Assembly: GCA_963836175.1 (NCBI GenBank)
Contig: CAWIIS010000004.1
Coordinates: 47,480-111,479, forward strand
DNA: 64,000 nt
Origin: Nitrospirota bacterium
GTDB lineage: Bacteria; Nitrospirota; UBA9217
Direction: 5' to 3'
In this document: positions 51,329 through 60,882 of the stretch, in pieces
Position numbering within the stretch: the stretch's first letter is position 1
How the letters are laid out: each line of letters begins with the position of its first letter
Position numbers and translations under genes: made by a program
Notes under the pieces: model-generated
What the model was told of the DNA's origin: nothing
What the model saw: only the letters and a program-made list of their open reading frames with translations
Databases searched by the model: none

Positions 51329-52222
51329 TTATTTGTTCCGGTAGTCATATTGTTTTATATCGATCCCCGCTTTTTTGGCCATATCATAAACCGGCTGGTA
51401 GTCGCTGACGTTCGTACCTATGAACCGGAGAGCGCCGAACTGCTGCAGCACGGCGGCCCCCTCGGGGTCCTTGTCCAGGCCCAGGAGTGCCTGCTTGAGT
51501 TTCCGCTTCAGACCTTCATCGAGCCCCTTGCGCACGCACAGCCCGTTCGAAGGCACCCAGGGCGATTCGGCAATGATGACCAGATCTCGGGCCACGCGCG
51601 AATCGTCCGCTTTCATCCTGTCGTAGATGCTGTGCTTTGCCGCGCCGATATCGGCCTGGCCTTCCAGCACCGCATAGATGGCCGCATCATGGCTTCCTGC
51701 AAAATAGGTGCTGCTGAAGAAATGGTCCATGTCCTTGATGCCGCGTTCATTAAGATAGGCGAGCGGAAAGAGGTAGCCGGCGGTTGTCGCCTTTTCAACA
51801 AAGACCATTTTCCTGCCTTTCATGCCGCGGACATCACGGATCTTGCTGTCCTTGCGCACGAAGAGGTACCCGCGGTACGAGGCAGTGCCGTCGAGGTTCA
51901 CCGGACGGGCAAGAGGGACGACCCCCAGTTTCTCGATGGCCAGTGCGCCGGTAAAGGAGCCGAAAAAAACACCGTCCATGTTCTCGGACGTAAACCGGTC
52001 GATGATGTTGCCGTAGCGGCTCAGGATGGTGAATTTGACTTTCACGCCGGTATTTTTTGAGAGATAGTCTCCAAGCAGGCGGAAGCGCTCCTTCTGCTTG
52101 AATACGTTCATCTCCGGAATGAGGCCGATGAGGAGCATTTGCTGGGAAGCCTGGGGAAAGGCGAGGAGTGGGACAAGCGCGAGGATCGAAATAAAGAAAA
52201 CCGAACGTACGATCCGTTTCAT
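51329..52222 (-). CDS. PhnD/SsuA-type (phosphonate-binding family) periplasmic substrate-binding protein
   Basis: GGAGGT RBS; signal peptide; Phosphonate-bd-like sequence; directly upstream of and co-directional with the haem-sensor GGDEF/EAL gene. Confidence 0.65.
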   Translation of the reverse strand: MKRIVRSVFFISILALVPLLAFPQASQQMLLIGLIPEMNVFKQKERFRLLGDYLSKNTGVKVKFTILSRYGNIIDRFTSENMDGVFFGSFTGALAIEKLGVVPLARPVNLDGTASYRGYLFVRKDSKIRDVRGMKGRKMVFVEKATTAGYLFPLAYLNERGIKDMDHFFSSTYFAGSHDAAIYAVLEGQADIGAAKHSIYDRMKADDSRVARDLVIIAESPWVPSNGLCVRKGLDEGLKRKLKQALLGLDKDPEGAAVLQQFGALRFIGTNVSDYQPVYDMAKKAGIDIKQYDYRNK

Positions 52223-52562
52223 CATTACCTCCATCAGCGTCCGCAAAAAATAAGGATTTACAGCTTCGGTATTGTAATATAATGCGACTGAAAGTCAACA
52301 ATTATGTGCTTTGTTTTGGTTGTACAAAACTAATTGTGTGGTTGCCGGAAAAGGACGACGTCGGCCACGGAGGAACAGCAGACTTCGCGCCTGGCGTCTC
52401 AGCGGTTAAAATCGACTTCCAGCGGGCCCGCCAATTTTAATGCGGCTCTGATAGGAACAGGTCTCCGTCAAGGTTTTCCAATTGCCCCAGATGCGATAAC
52501 CGGTTATACTGGTACCCGTGAGCATGATAGGCTTGCGACCCGACTGTAGAGCAAAGGACCAA

Positions 52563-52954
52563 ATGTCAAAGATCGAAACCATGGTTTGGCGTCGTGCCAC
52601 GCTGTTCCGCGTTCTGCTGGTCATCGCGCTGGCGGCAATATCATTCCTGGCACACCGCCACCATCCCGGTTGCCGGAGAATATGAACGACAAGGCCGGCC
52701 ACCTGATGGCTTTTTTTGTGCTCGCCCTGCTGGTCGATCGTTCTTTTCCTGCGTGGACCTTCAGGACCAAAGTGCTTGTGCTGATCGTCTACGGACTTTC
52801 CATCGAGATCGCGCAGGCCTATCTGCCCTATCGCAGTTGTTCGCTCTTTGACCTTGGAGCCGATGCCGCAGGTTTGGCCCTCTACGGCATCTGTCAGCCG
52901 GCGCTCAGATATTTGCCTCTGCTCGGGAACGTACCTGAGGAAACGAACAGGTAA
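52563..52954 (+). pseudogene. VanZ-like family membrane protein, probable frameshift near 52650
   Basis: N-terminal TM helix in frame of ATG 52563 stops at 52683; VanZ-like body (DKAGHLMAFFVLALL...EIAQAYLPYRSCSLFD) in ORF 52586-52954. Confidence 0.35.
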
Positions 52955-53059
52955 CCCATAGCGCGCGGCCTGAAGGCCGCAGCCAAGATTTGCACTAGTG
53001 CAGGGGCGCATCGCAATGCGCCCCTGCTTTTTAGGAAAAATACGCCTGGAGGTCCTTCC

Positions 53060-54131
53060 ATGAAAAAAAGTTCAGCGGTCCTGATCATCGCCCTGCTGTT
53101 CTCAGGCGGCTGCATGTCCCGCCACGACAGGGAAGCAGGAAGCGTGCCCCGCTTCGAGGACCGGCAGATGGAGAACGTGACCAGGCTTACCAATGACGGC
53201 GACAACGGCGAGGCCTACTTTTCCCAGGACGGGAGGAAGCTTATTTTCCAGTCGAGCCGCGGGGGCTATGCCTGCGACAAGATCTGGACCATGAACATCG
53301 ACGGTTCGGACAAGCGGATGGTGAGCCCGGACCACGGGGCCAATACGTGCTCATTCTTCTTTCCCGATGGACGGATCGTATTTGCCTCCACGAACCACCA
53401 GTCCCGGCGACTGTCCTCCCCGGCCCGAGGCGCCCAAAGGCGTCCGCTACGTCTGGCCGCTCTATCCCTACGATATTTTCACGGCAGACGCCGACGGCTC
53501 GAACCTCAGGAAGATCACCGATAATCCGAAATACGATGCCGAACCGGTGGTCTCCTCCGACGGGAAGCAGATCGTGTTCGGGTCCCAGCGGGAAGGCGAT
53601 TTCGACATCTATCTCATGAACGCCGACGGCACGAACGTGCGGCGGCTCACGGAGCGGGTGGGCTATGACGGCGGACCCTGGTTCTCGCCCGACAACACAA
53701 AGATCGTCTGGCGCGCCTGGTATCCCGGGACGGATGAAGAAAAGGCCCGATGGCAGGACGCCATGGACAAGGACTACATCATCGCCGTGCCGCTGGACCT
53801 CTGGGTCATGGACGTTGACGGGTCGAACAAGAGGATGGTCCTGCATAACGGGGCAACCAACTGGGCGCCGTCATGGCATCCTGACGGCAGAAGGCTCATC
53901 TTTTCGAGCAACATGGACGACTGGCGCGAGGACATCAAACAGTATGGCCACAACTTCGAACTCTATTTCATCAATATTGACGGCACGAAGCTTACGCGGC
54001 TCACCTTCAACACCACCTTCGACAGCTTCCCCCTGTTCTCGCCTGATGGAAAGAAGCTGGTTTTCGCTTCGAACCGGGACCCGCAGAAGCCGCGGCAGAC
54101 GGATATCTTCATAGCGGACTGGGTGGATTGA
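53060..54131 (+). pseudogene. TolB-like periplasmic beta-propeller (PD40 repeat) lipoprotein, frameshifted near 53410 (C-run)
   Basis: lipobox LFSGGC; PD40 repeats (S.DG..i.F.S.R.G...i) in ORFs 53060-53524 and 53367-54131. Confidence 0.6.
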
Positions 54132-54345
54132 TACTTTTCTGCTGTCAGCGTGTCAGGGAAGGCGATCAATCCCGGGTGTACTGCTCCAGGAAAGAAACCA
54201 GCGGCAGCGAAGGATATTTTCCCGCCGGCCCGCCCCAATTCAGTTGCAACCAACTTTTTGCGCTTTTCTGCTATACTATTGCTTAAATATTACATGACAG
54301 TACCTGAGTAAATCCTGAGCTATTTGCGTGGTCGGGAGTGCAGGC

Positions 54346-57141
54346 ATGGCGGATAAAAAGAAACCAACCGAAGGGAAAAAGGCGAAAACGAAGAGTTCCA
54401 GGAAGAAGGCCGCATCTTCCCGGTCCCGGACCGCAGGCCCCGCCAAACCAGCTGGTCACGAACGCAAACAGACGGAGGAAGCGCTGCGCCGAAGTGAGAA
54501 GAACCTCAAGAAAGCTGAAAAGATCGCCAAGATCGGAAATTGGGAGTGGAACATCCTCACGAACGAGCTTGTCTGGTCCGAGGAGGTGTACCGGATCTAT
54601 GGCGCTGATCCGCTCAAGGATAAGCCTTCTTACGATATTGTTGTGAAGACCGTTGCACCCGAGTGCCGGGACCGGTTCGTCAAGGCAGTGGAGGACGCCG
54701 TCAGACTCGACAAGCACTTCGAAGGCGAGTACCGGATGATCGGTTTGGATGGCAGGGAGCGCTTTACCCATACGAGCGGAGAGGTCGTCCGCGACCGCGA
54801 CAATCGGCCCGTGTCGATGTTCGGAATCGTGCAGGACATCACCGAGCGCAAACGTGCGGAGGAAGCGCTGCAGGAAAACGAAGACAAGTTCCGGTCCATA
54901 TTCGAACAGGCAATCGACGGGATCATGATAGCCGATCCCGCGCAGAGAAGGAACATCGAGGCGAACAGGGCCATCTGCGCCATGCTCGGATACACCCGCG
55001 ACGAGCTCATCGCACTCAGTGTTGAGGAGACGCATCCGAAAAAAGACCTGCCGCGCGTCCTGGACCTTTTCGAGCGCCAGGTGCGGGGAGAGATATCGAT
55101 GGCGCCGGACGTCCCTATGGTGCGGAAGGACGGCTCCGTTTTCTATGCAGACGTCAACGCCAGGCCGGTGATCATCGGCGGGAAACAGTGCCTCATCGGG
55201 GTCTTCCGCGACATCACCGAACGCAAGCAGGCCGATGAAGCATTGCGCGAGCGCGAGAAGCAGCTTGCCGAATCACAGCGCATCGCGCACATCGGCAGCT
55301 GGGAGCACAACCTGACGACCGGCAGGGTGTTCTGGTCTGACGAACTGTTCCGTCTTATGGGGCTTGATCCCCGGAAGGACCCGGCCGACTTTACGATGTT
55401 CTTCAACATGATCCATCCCGACGACCAGCCTGTCCTGAAAAAGGGAATTGAAGAGACGGTGAAGACCGGAAAACAGTTCAGCGTTGATTATCGATTCATC
55501 CTCAAGGACGGCACGACCAGGATCCTGCATGCCCAGGCGGAGCTCAAGCGCGACGAGACCGGCACCCAGGCCATCCTGAGCGGGACCGGGCAGGACATCA
55601 CCGAGCGCAAAGAGGCCGAGAAAAAGATCCGGCAGAACGAGGAGTTTATCAGGAGCATCCTCGACACCGTGGACGAAGGGTTCATCGTCATAGACCGCGG
55701 CTACCGCATCCTGACCGCCAACAGGGCCTACTGCGGCCAGGTTGCGCGGTCGTGCGACGACATCATCGGCAGGCACTGCTTCGAGATATCGCACAACAAC
55801 AGCCGGCCATGCTTCGAAGAGGGAGAGGAGTGCGCCGTCCGGCAGGTCTTTGCGACCGGGAAGCATCACGGAGTGCTCCATAAGCATCGTGATCATGAGG
55901 GGAACGTGCTTTATGTGGAAACGAAAGGATTCCCCATCAAGGACGCCGAAGGCAACGTTACCTCGGTGATCGAGACGGTCAATAATATCACGGAGAAGCA
56001 TCTCCTCGAGGAAGAGCGGCTCAAGACCCAGAAACTCGAATCCATCGGCATGCTGGCCGGCGGGATTGCCCATGACTTCAACAACCTGTTGCAGGGCATT
56101 TTCGGCTACATCTCCATGGCAATAATGAGCTATGATCAGAAAGAAAAGTCGCTCGCCATGCTCGGGCAGGCGGAAAAGGCGCTCCACCAGTCGGTGAACC
56201 TCACGACCCAGCTCCTGACCTTCTCCAAGGGAGGCAAGCCGGTCAAGAAGCCGATGTCCCTGGAACCCGTGGTCGAGAATGCCGTAAAGTTCGCGCTCAG
56301 CGGTTCGCGCACCGGGTACCAGTTGAATATCGACCACGGGCTGTGGCACGTGAACGGCGACGCAGGCCAGCTGGGTCAGGTGATCCAGAACATCGTGCTG
56401 AACGCAGACCAGGCCATGCCGAAGGGCGGCGTGGTGAAGATCGTTGCGAGGAATGTTGCCGCCAACGACAGGTCGCTGCCGTCCACGCTTGCAGCGGGCA
56501 ACTATGTCGCTCTCACGATCGAGGACAATGGTGTCGGCATACCGGAGGCCTATCTGAACAATATATTCGACCCCTATTTTACCACCAAGGAAAAGGGCAG
56601 CGGATTGGGGCTGGCTACATCCTATTCGATCATCCGGAACCACCAGGGACAGCTTCTGGTCGAATCAGAGGCCGGCAAAGGGAGCCTGTTCTCACTTTTT
56701 ATTCCCGCATTTACGACCAGGACTGCGGCTGAGACCATCAGTCAGATGACGCCTGCAGTCGTACCGAAATCGAGGATCCTGGTGATGGACGACGAAGAAA
56801 TGATCAGGGGTCTCGCCATGGAATTGTTGCGCGAGCTCGGGCATGAGGTGGAGGTTGCAGCGGACGGCGAATCGACAGTGGCCCTCTATAAGGAAGCGGT
56901 TGCAGCGGGCAAGCCCTTCGACATCGTCATCCTCGACCTTACGGTCCGCGGCGGCATGGGAGGGGCGGAGACGATCCAGAAGCTGCGCGAGATCGATCCA
57001 CAGGTCAGGGCTGTGGTATCGAGCGGCTATTCAGACGGCGCGGACGTTTCCGAATATCGGCAACAGGGATTCCGGGCATATTTAAAGAAGCCCTATGATA
57101 TCGCGGAATTAAATAACGCACTGCAGACGGTATTAGCTTGA
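54346..57141 (+). CDS. hybrid sensor histidine kinase with four PAS domains, HisKA, HATPase_c and C-terminal receiver
   Basis: GGGAG RBS; PAS x4; H-box AHDFNNLLQ; N/G boxes; REC with D...D...K. Confidence 0.8.
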   Translation: MADKKKPTEGKKAKTKSSRKKAASSRSRTAGPAKPAGHERKQTEEALRRSEKNLKKAEKIAKIGNWEWNILTNELVWSEEVYRIYGADPLKDKPSYDIVVKTVAPECRDRFVKAVEDAVRLDKHFEGEYRMIGLDGRERFTHTSGEVVRDRDNRPVSMFGIVQDITERKRAEEALQENEDKFRSIFEQAIDGIMIADPAQRRNIEANRAICAMLGYTRDELIALSVEETHPKKDLPRVLDLFERQVRGEISMAPDVPMVRKDGSVFYADVNARPVIIGGKQCLIGVFRDITERKQADEALREREKQLAESQRIAHIGSWEHNLTTGRVFWSDELFRLMGLDPRKDPADFTMFFNMIHPDDQPVLKKGIEETVKTGKQFSVDYRFILKDGTTRILHAQAELKRDETGTQAILSGTGQDITERKEAEKKIRQNEEFIRSILDTVDEGFIVIDRGYRILTANRAYCGQVARSCDDIIGRHCFEISHNNSRPCFEEGEECAVRQVFATGKHHGVLHKHRDHEGNVLYVETKGFPIKDAEGNVTSVIETVNNITEKHLLEEERLKTQKLESIGMLAGGIAHDFNNLLQGIFGYISMAIMSYDQKEKSLAMLGQAEKALHQSVNLTTQLLTFSKGGKPVKKPMSLEPVVENAVKFALSGSRTGYQLNIDHGLWHVNGDAGQLGQVIQNIVLNADQAMPKGGVVKIVARNVAANDRSLPSTLAAGNYVALTIEDNGVGIPEAYLNNIFDPYFTTKEKGSGLGLATSYSIIRNHQGQLLVESEAGKGSLFSLFIPAFTTRTAAETISQMTPAVVPKSRILVMDDEEMIRGLAMELLRELGHEVEVAADGESTVALYKEAVAAGKPFDIVILDLTVRGGMGGAETIQKLREIDPQVRAVVSSGYSDGADVSEYRQQGFRAYLKKPYDIAELNNALQTVLA

Positions 57142-57190
57142 ACTTCGCGAGGATGAGGATTCTTATGGTCGGCATCGGCAATCGTGTTTT

Positions 57191-60100
57191 ATGAGGCATA
57201 CCATCCCGATCCGCTTTTTGCTATATGCTGTACTGGCTGGTCTGATACCGCTGTCCGGACAGGCCTTTGGACGTGACGCTCACATCCACCACGACCTCAA
57301 GGTCACGCTCCAGCCTGCCGCGCACCGCCTGAGCGTCATCGACACGATCACGCTGCCTGCCGGCACTCCGGATGAGATCATCGTTGTACTGCATGCCGGT
57401 CTCAAGCCCCGGTCAACGACACCGGGGGTAAAAATCACGAAAGAGGCGAGCATCACCCGTACCGTTCCCGTCGAGGTCTATCGGGTGCGGCTTCCGGCCG
57501 CGGTTCGCGCCTTCACGCTCCGGTATGGCGGTGTCATCGACCATCCGCTTGAGGCCGCAGGCGCGGAGCAGGCGCGGGGGTTCCAGGATTCGCCGGGGCT
57601 GATCACCAGCGACGGCGTGGTCCTGTCGGGGAGCACGAACTGGTATCCCGATCCCGGCCCAGGCCTCACGACCTTTGATCTCGAGGTCGCGCTGCCGGAA
57701 GCATGGGACGCCGTGAGCCAGGGCGAACGGACGCTCCACGAGCTGCAGAAAAAAAAGTCCACGGTCCGCTGGCAATCTTCGGAGCCGCAGGAGGAGATCT
57801 ACCTTGTGGCGGCGAAGTTCATTGAATACGACAAGCCCGCCGGCCCCGCCCGCGCCATGGTGTTTTTGCGCACGGCCGATCCCGGCCTGGCCGGCAAGTA
57901 TCTCGACGCCACGGCACGCTACCTCGCCCTGTACGACAAGCTCATCGGGCACTATCCCTACAAGAAGTTCGCGCTGGTCGAGAACTTCTGGGAAACGGGC
58001 TTCGGCATGCCGTCGTTCACGCTGCTCGGGCCGAAGATCATCCGTTTGCCCTTCATCATCAACACTTCCTATCCTCACGAGATCCTGCACAACTGGTGGG
58101 GCAACAGCGTGTTCCCGGAGTATGAGAACGGCAACTGGTCCGAAGGCCTCACCGCCTATCTTGCCGACCATTTGATGAAGGAGCAGCAGGTCGGCGGGGC
58201 CGAGTACCGGTTGAACACCCTCCAGAAGTACGCCGACTACGTGGTCGGCAACAGGGACTTTCCGCTCACCGGGTTCCGTTCGCGCCACAGTTCGTCCTCC
58301 GAAGCGATCGGGTACGGCAAGTCGCTCATGTTCTTCCACATGCTGCGGCTCATGCTGGGCGATGAGGTCTTCCGGCAGGGGCTTCAGGGTTTTTATCAGA
58401 GCTACCGGTTCCGTTCTGCAGGCTTTGACGATCTCCGCGCGAGCTTCGAAGCCGTCTCGAAAAAAGATCTGGCGCGGGAATTCGAGCAATGGGTCGCGCG
58501 AACAGGCGCCCCCATCCTCAAGGTAAGCGGGGCCAGTGCGCTGGCTGTGCAGGACGGGTTCCTGCTCACGGCCCGGATCGAACAGACGCAACCGGGCGAA
58601 GCCTATCTTCTTCGCGTTCCCGTGGCGATAACCATGGGCGGCAAGGACAAGGCATTCCAGACGGTCGTCACCATGTCGGAGAAAAAGCAGGACCTGGAAC
58701 TTCGCGTCCCCGGCCGTCCGGTGAGGCTCGATGTGGACCCCGAGTTCGACCTGTTCCGCAGGCTCGATATTTCTGAAATGCCGCCCGCTCTGTCACAGGC
58801 GTTCGGCGCAAAAAAGATGCTGGTCCTTTTGCCGTCGTCCGCGCCAGAGGAACTGCTTCAGGCCTACCGCGAGCTTGCCGCGTCCCTCGGCAGGTCCGGG
58901 CCGGATGAGATCGAGATCAAGCTTGATGCGGAGGTCGCGGCTTTCCCGACTGACCGGGCCGTGACCGTTCTCGGCTGGGAGAACCGGTTTCTGAACGAGA
59001 CCACGGCCGCCCTGGCAGGATACGATGTGCTCGTAAACCCGCAGGCCGTCCGCATCAACCAGACCGAGCTGGACCGGAGCGGACATGCGTTCGTCTTTTC
59101 CGCACGGCTTCCGAAGAACAAGGACCTCGCCCTGCTGTTCATTGCAGCGGACCGCGCAGACGCCCTGCCCGGCCTCGGCCGGAAGCTGCCGCACTATCAC
59201 AAGTACAGCTATCTTGCCTTCGAGGGAGCAGAACCTGCCAATGTGGCAAAAGGCAGATGGACGGTCGCAGATTCCCCCCTCACCGTGCTGCTGCCTGATG
59301 TCGATGGAAAGGTGCGCAGGGTCGAGATGGCCAAACTGGCTGCGCGGGAGCCGCTGGCTGTGCTGCCCGCGGGTTTCTTGAAAGAAGCGATGAGCGAGAC
59401 AGTGCACTACCTGTCGGGCAGGGAGCTCGAAGGCCGCGGCGGCACGCGCGGGCTTGACAAGGCAGCTGATTATATTGCAGAGCAGTTCAAGCTGGCCGGG
59501 CTGCTGCCGGCAGGCGATCAGGACACCTGGTTCCAGGCATGGGAGGAAAGCGGCGGAGAGCCGATGCGCAAAGCAGTCATGAAGAACGTGATCGGCATCA
59601 TCCCGGGAAAGGACCCGGCCATGGCCGGCCAGAGCGTCGTGGTCGGTGCGCATTACGACCACCTGGGGCTCGCGCAGGAAGGCAGAAAGGGAACGGTCCA
59701 TCCCGGAGCGGACGACAACGCAAGCGGCGTGGCTGTGCTGATAGAGCTTGCGCGCGTGCTGGCAAAAGCGCCGCCCCCGGATCGCACCATTGTTTTCATC
59801 GCCTTTACCGGCGAGGAAGCGGGAAAGCGCGGCTCGCAGTTTTACGTGCTGAACGAAAAGAAGTACCCGGCAGCCAAATGCATCGGCATGGTGAACCTCG
59901 ACACCGTCGGCAGGCTCGGCAAGGGGAAGCTCCTGGTGCTCGGCGCAGGTTCGGCAAAAGAGTGGGTCCATATCTTCCGGGGGGCGGGTTTCGTGACAGG
60001 CGTTGATATCGAAACCGTGTCGCAAGAGCTGGATTCCAGCGACCAGATGAGCTTTCAGGAAAAGGGGGTGCCCGCGGTCCAGCTCTTCTCGGGCCCCCAT

Positions 60101-60532
60101 CCTGATTATCATCGCGCAACGGACACCTTCGACAAGATCGATGCGGACGGGCTCGTGAAAGTGGCGGCTGTTGCCAAAGAAGTTGTTGAGTATCTTGCGG
60201 GCAGGCCGGAACCGCTGACCGGATCGGGTGCAGCCCCGGCCGGCGCCGGGGCTTCAGCGAAAACGGAACGGAAAGTGAGCCTCGGCACGATCCCGGATTT
60301 TGCGTATCAGGGCAAAGGATTCAGGCTTTCCGGCATGATGTCCGGCTCTCCGGCGGAAGCCGCGGGGATGCAGGAGGGCGACGTGATCGTCAGGATCAAC
60401 GCTGTCCCGATCAGCGGGCTCAAAGACTTTTCCGATCTCCTGAAGACCTTGAAGCCGGAGGACCGGGTGGGCGTTCTGTTCCTGCGGGATGGCAGGGAGA
60501 TGAAGGTCGAAGCAGTGGTGAAAGAGCGGTAG
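57191..60532 (+). CDS. secreted multidomain peptidase: M1-like (HEILH...E) + M28 aminopeptidase + C-terminal PDZ
   Basis: signal peptide; HEILHNWWGN...NWSEGLTAY gluzincin motif; M28 motifs HYDH / DDNASGVA / EE; PDZ GMQEGDVIVRINAV. Confidence 0.75.
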   Translation: MRHTIPIRFLLYAVLAGLIPLSGQAFGRDAHIHHDLKVTLQPAAHRLSVIDTITLPAGTPDEIIVVLHAGLKPRSTTPGVKITKEASITRTVPVEVYRVRLPAAVRAFTLRYGGVIDHPLEAAGAEQARGFQDSPGLITSDGVVLSGSTNWYPDPGPGLTTFDLEVALPEAWDAVSQGERTLHELQKKKSTVRWQSSEPQEEIYLVAAKFIEYDKPAGPARAMVFLRTADPGLAGKYLDATARYLALYDKLIGHYPYKKFALVENFWETGFGMPSFTLLGPKIIRLPFIINTSYPHEILHNWWGNSVFPEYENGNWSEGLTAYLADHLMKEQQVGGAEYRLNTLQKYADYVVGNRDFPLTGFRSRHSSSSEAIGYGKSLMFFHMLRLMLGDEVFRQGLQGFYQSYRFRSAGFDDLRASFEAVSKKDLAREFEQWVARTGAPILKVSGASALAVQDGFLLTARIEQTQPGEAYLLRVPVAITMGGKDKAFQTVVTMSEKKQDLELRVPGRPVRLDVDPEFDLFRRLDISEMPPALSQAFGAKKMLVLLPSSAPEELLQAYRELAASLGRSGPDEIEIKLDAEVAAFPTDRAVTVLGWENRFLNETTAALAGYDVLVNPQAVRINQTELDRSGHAFVFSARLPKNKDLALLFIAADRADALPGLGRKLPHYHKYSYLAFEGAEPANVAKGRWTVADSPLTVLLPDVDGKVRRVEMAKLAAREPLAVLPAGFLKEAMSETVHYLSGRELEGRGGTRGLDKAADYIAEQFKLAGLLPAGDQDTWFQAWEESGGEPMRKAVMKNVIGIIPGKDPAMAGQSVVVGAHYDHLGLAQEGRKGTVHPGADDNASGVAVLIELARVLAKAPPPDRTIVFIAFTGEEAGKRGSQFYVLNEKKYPAAKCIGMVNLDTVGRLGKGKLLVLGAGSAKEWVHIFRGAGFVTGVDIETVSQELDSSDQMSFQEKGVPAVQLFSGPHPDYHRATDTFDKIDADGLVKVAAVAKEVVEYLAGRPEPLTGSGAAPAGAGASAKTERKVSLGTIPDFAYQGKGFRLSGMMSGSPAEAAGMQEGDVIVRINAVPISGLKDFSDLLKTLKPEDRVGVLFLRDGREMKVEAVVKER

Positions 60533-60882
60533 GATTACCCTGTTTGGATTATTCGTTTGTCCGGGAACAGAAAGGGAGCCCTCGTGTTCAGGTTATAGGA
60601 CAGCACACGTACCTCCCGGGGCAACCCCGTGCGTTGAGTTGCGCATCTCTATACATTTTTGAATACCCTGAATATACCCCGCCCGGGCGATATGCAATGC
60701 CCCCCTCTTCATATATACTGCACTCACCTGCCAGCCGCATGCCCGACCAGAGACGAATAGATGAAGCAAGGACGCAACAGGCTCGCCCGAAAATTCCCCT
60801 GTCAGCATGGTCAAGCTGGTGCGGCGGCTTTGCGCGCCTGCCGGTTCAGAAAAAATATCCGGTTGCGGCCGGAGGCCGCGAT

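Noticed and set aside
52406-53011. 201-aa minus-strand ORF
   Set aside because: Overlaps the VanZ-like gene on the other strand, with no features. VanZ motifs favour the plus strand.
54244-54278. TTGCAA ... TATACT promoter-like pair upstream of the PAS hybrid kinase
   Set aside because: The spacer is 23 nt, too long for a sigma70 promoter.
55273-60112. Long minus-strand ORFs (456, 392 and 439 aa)
   Set aside because: All are antisense to the PAS kinase and the peptidase genes, which have strong motif support.
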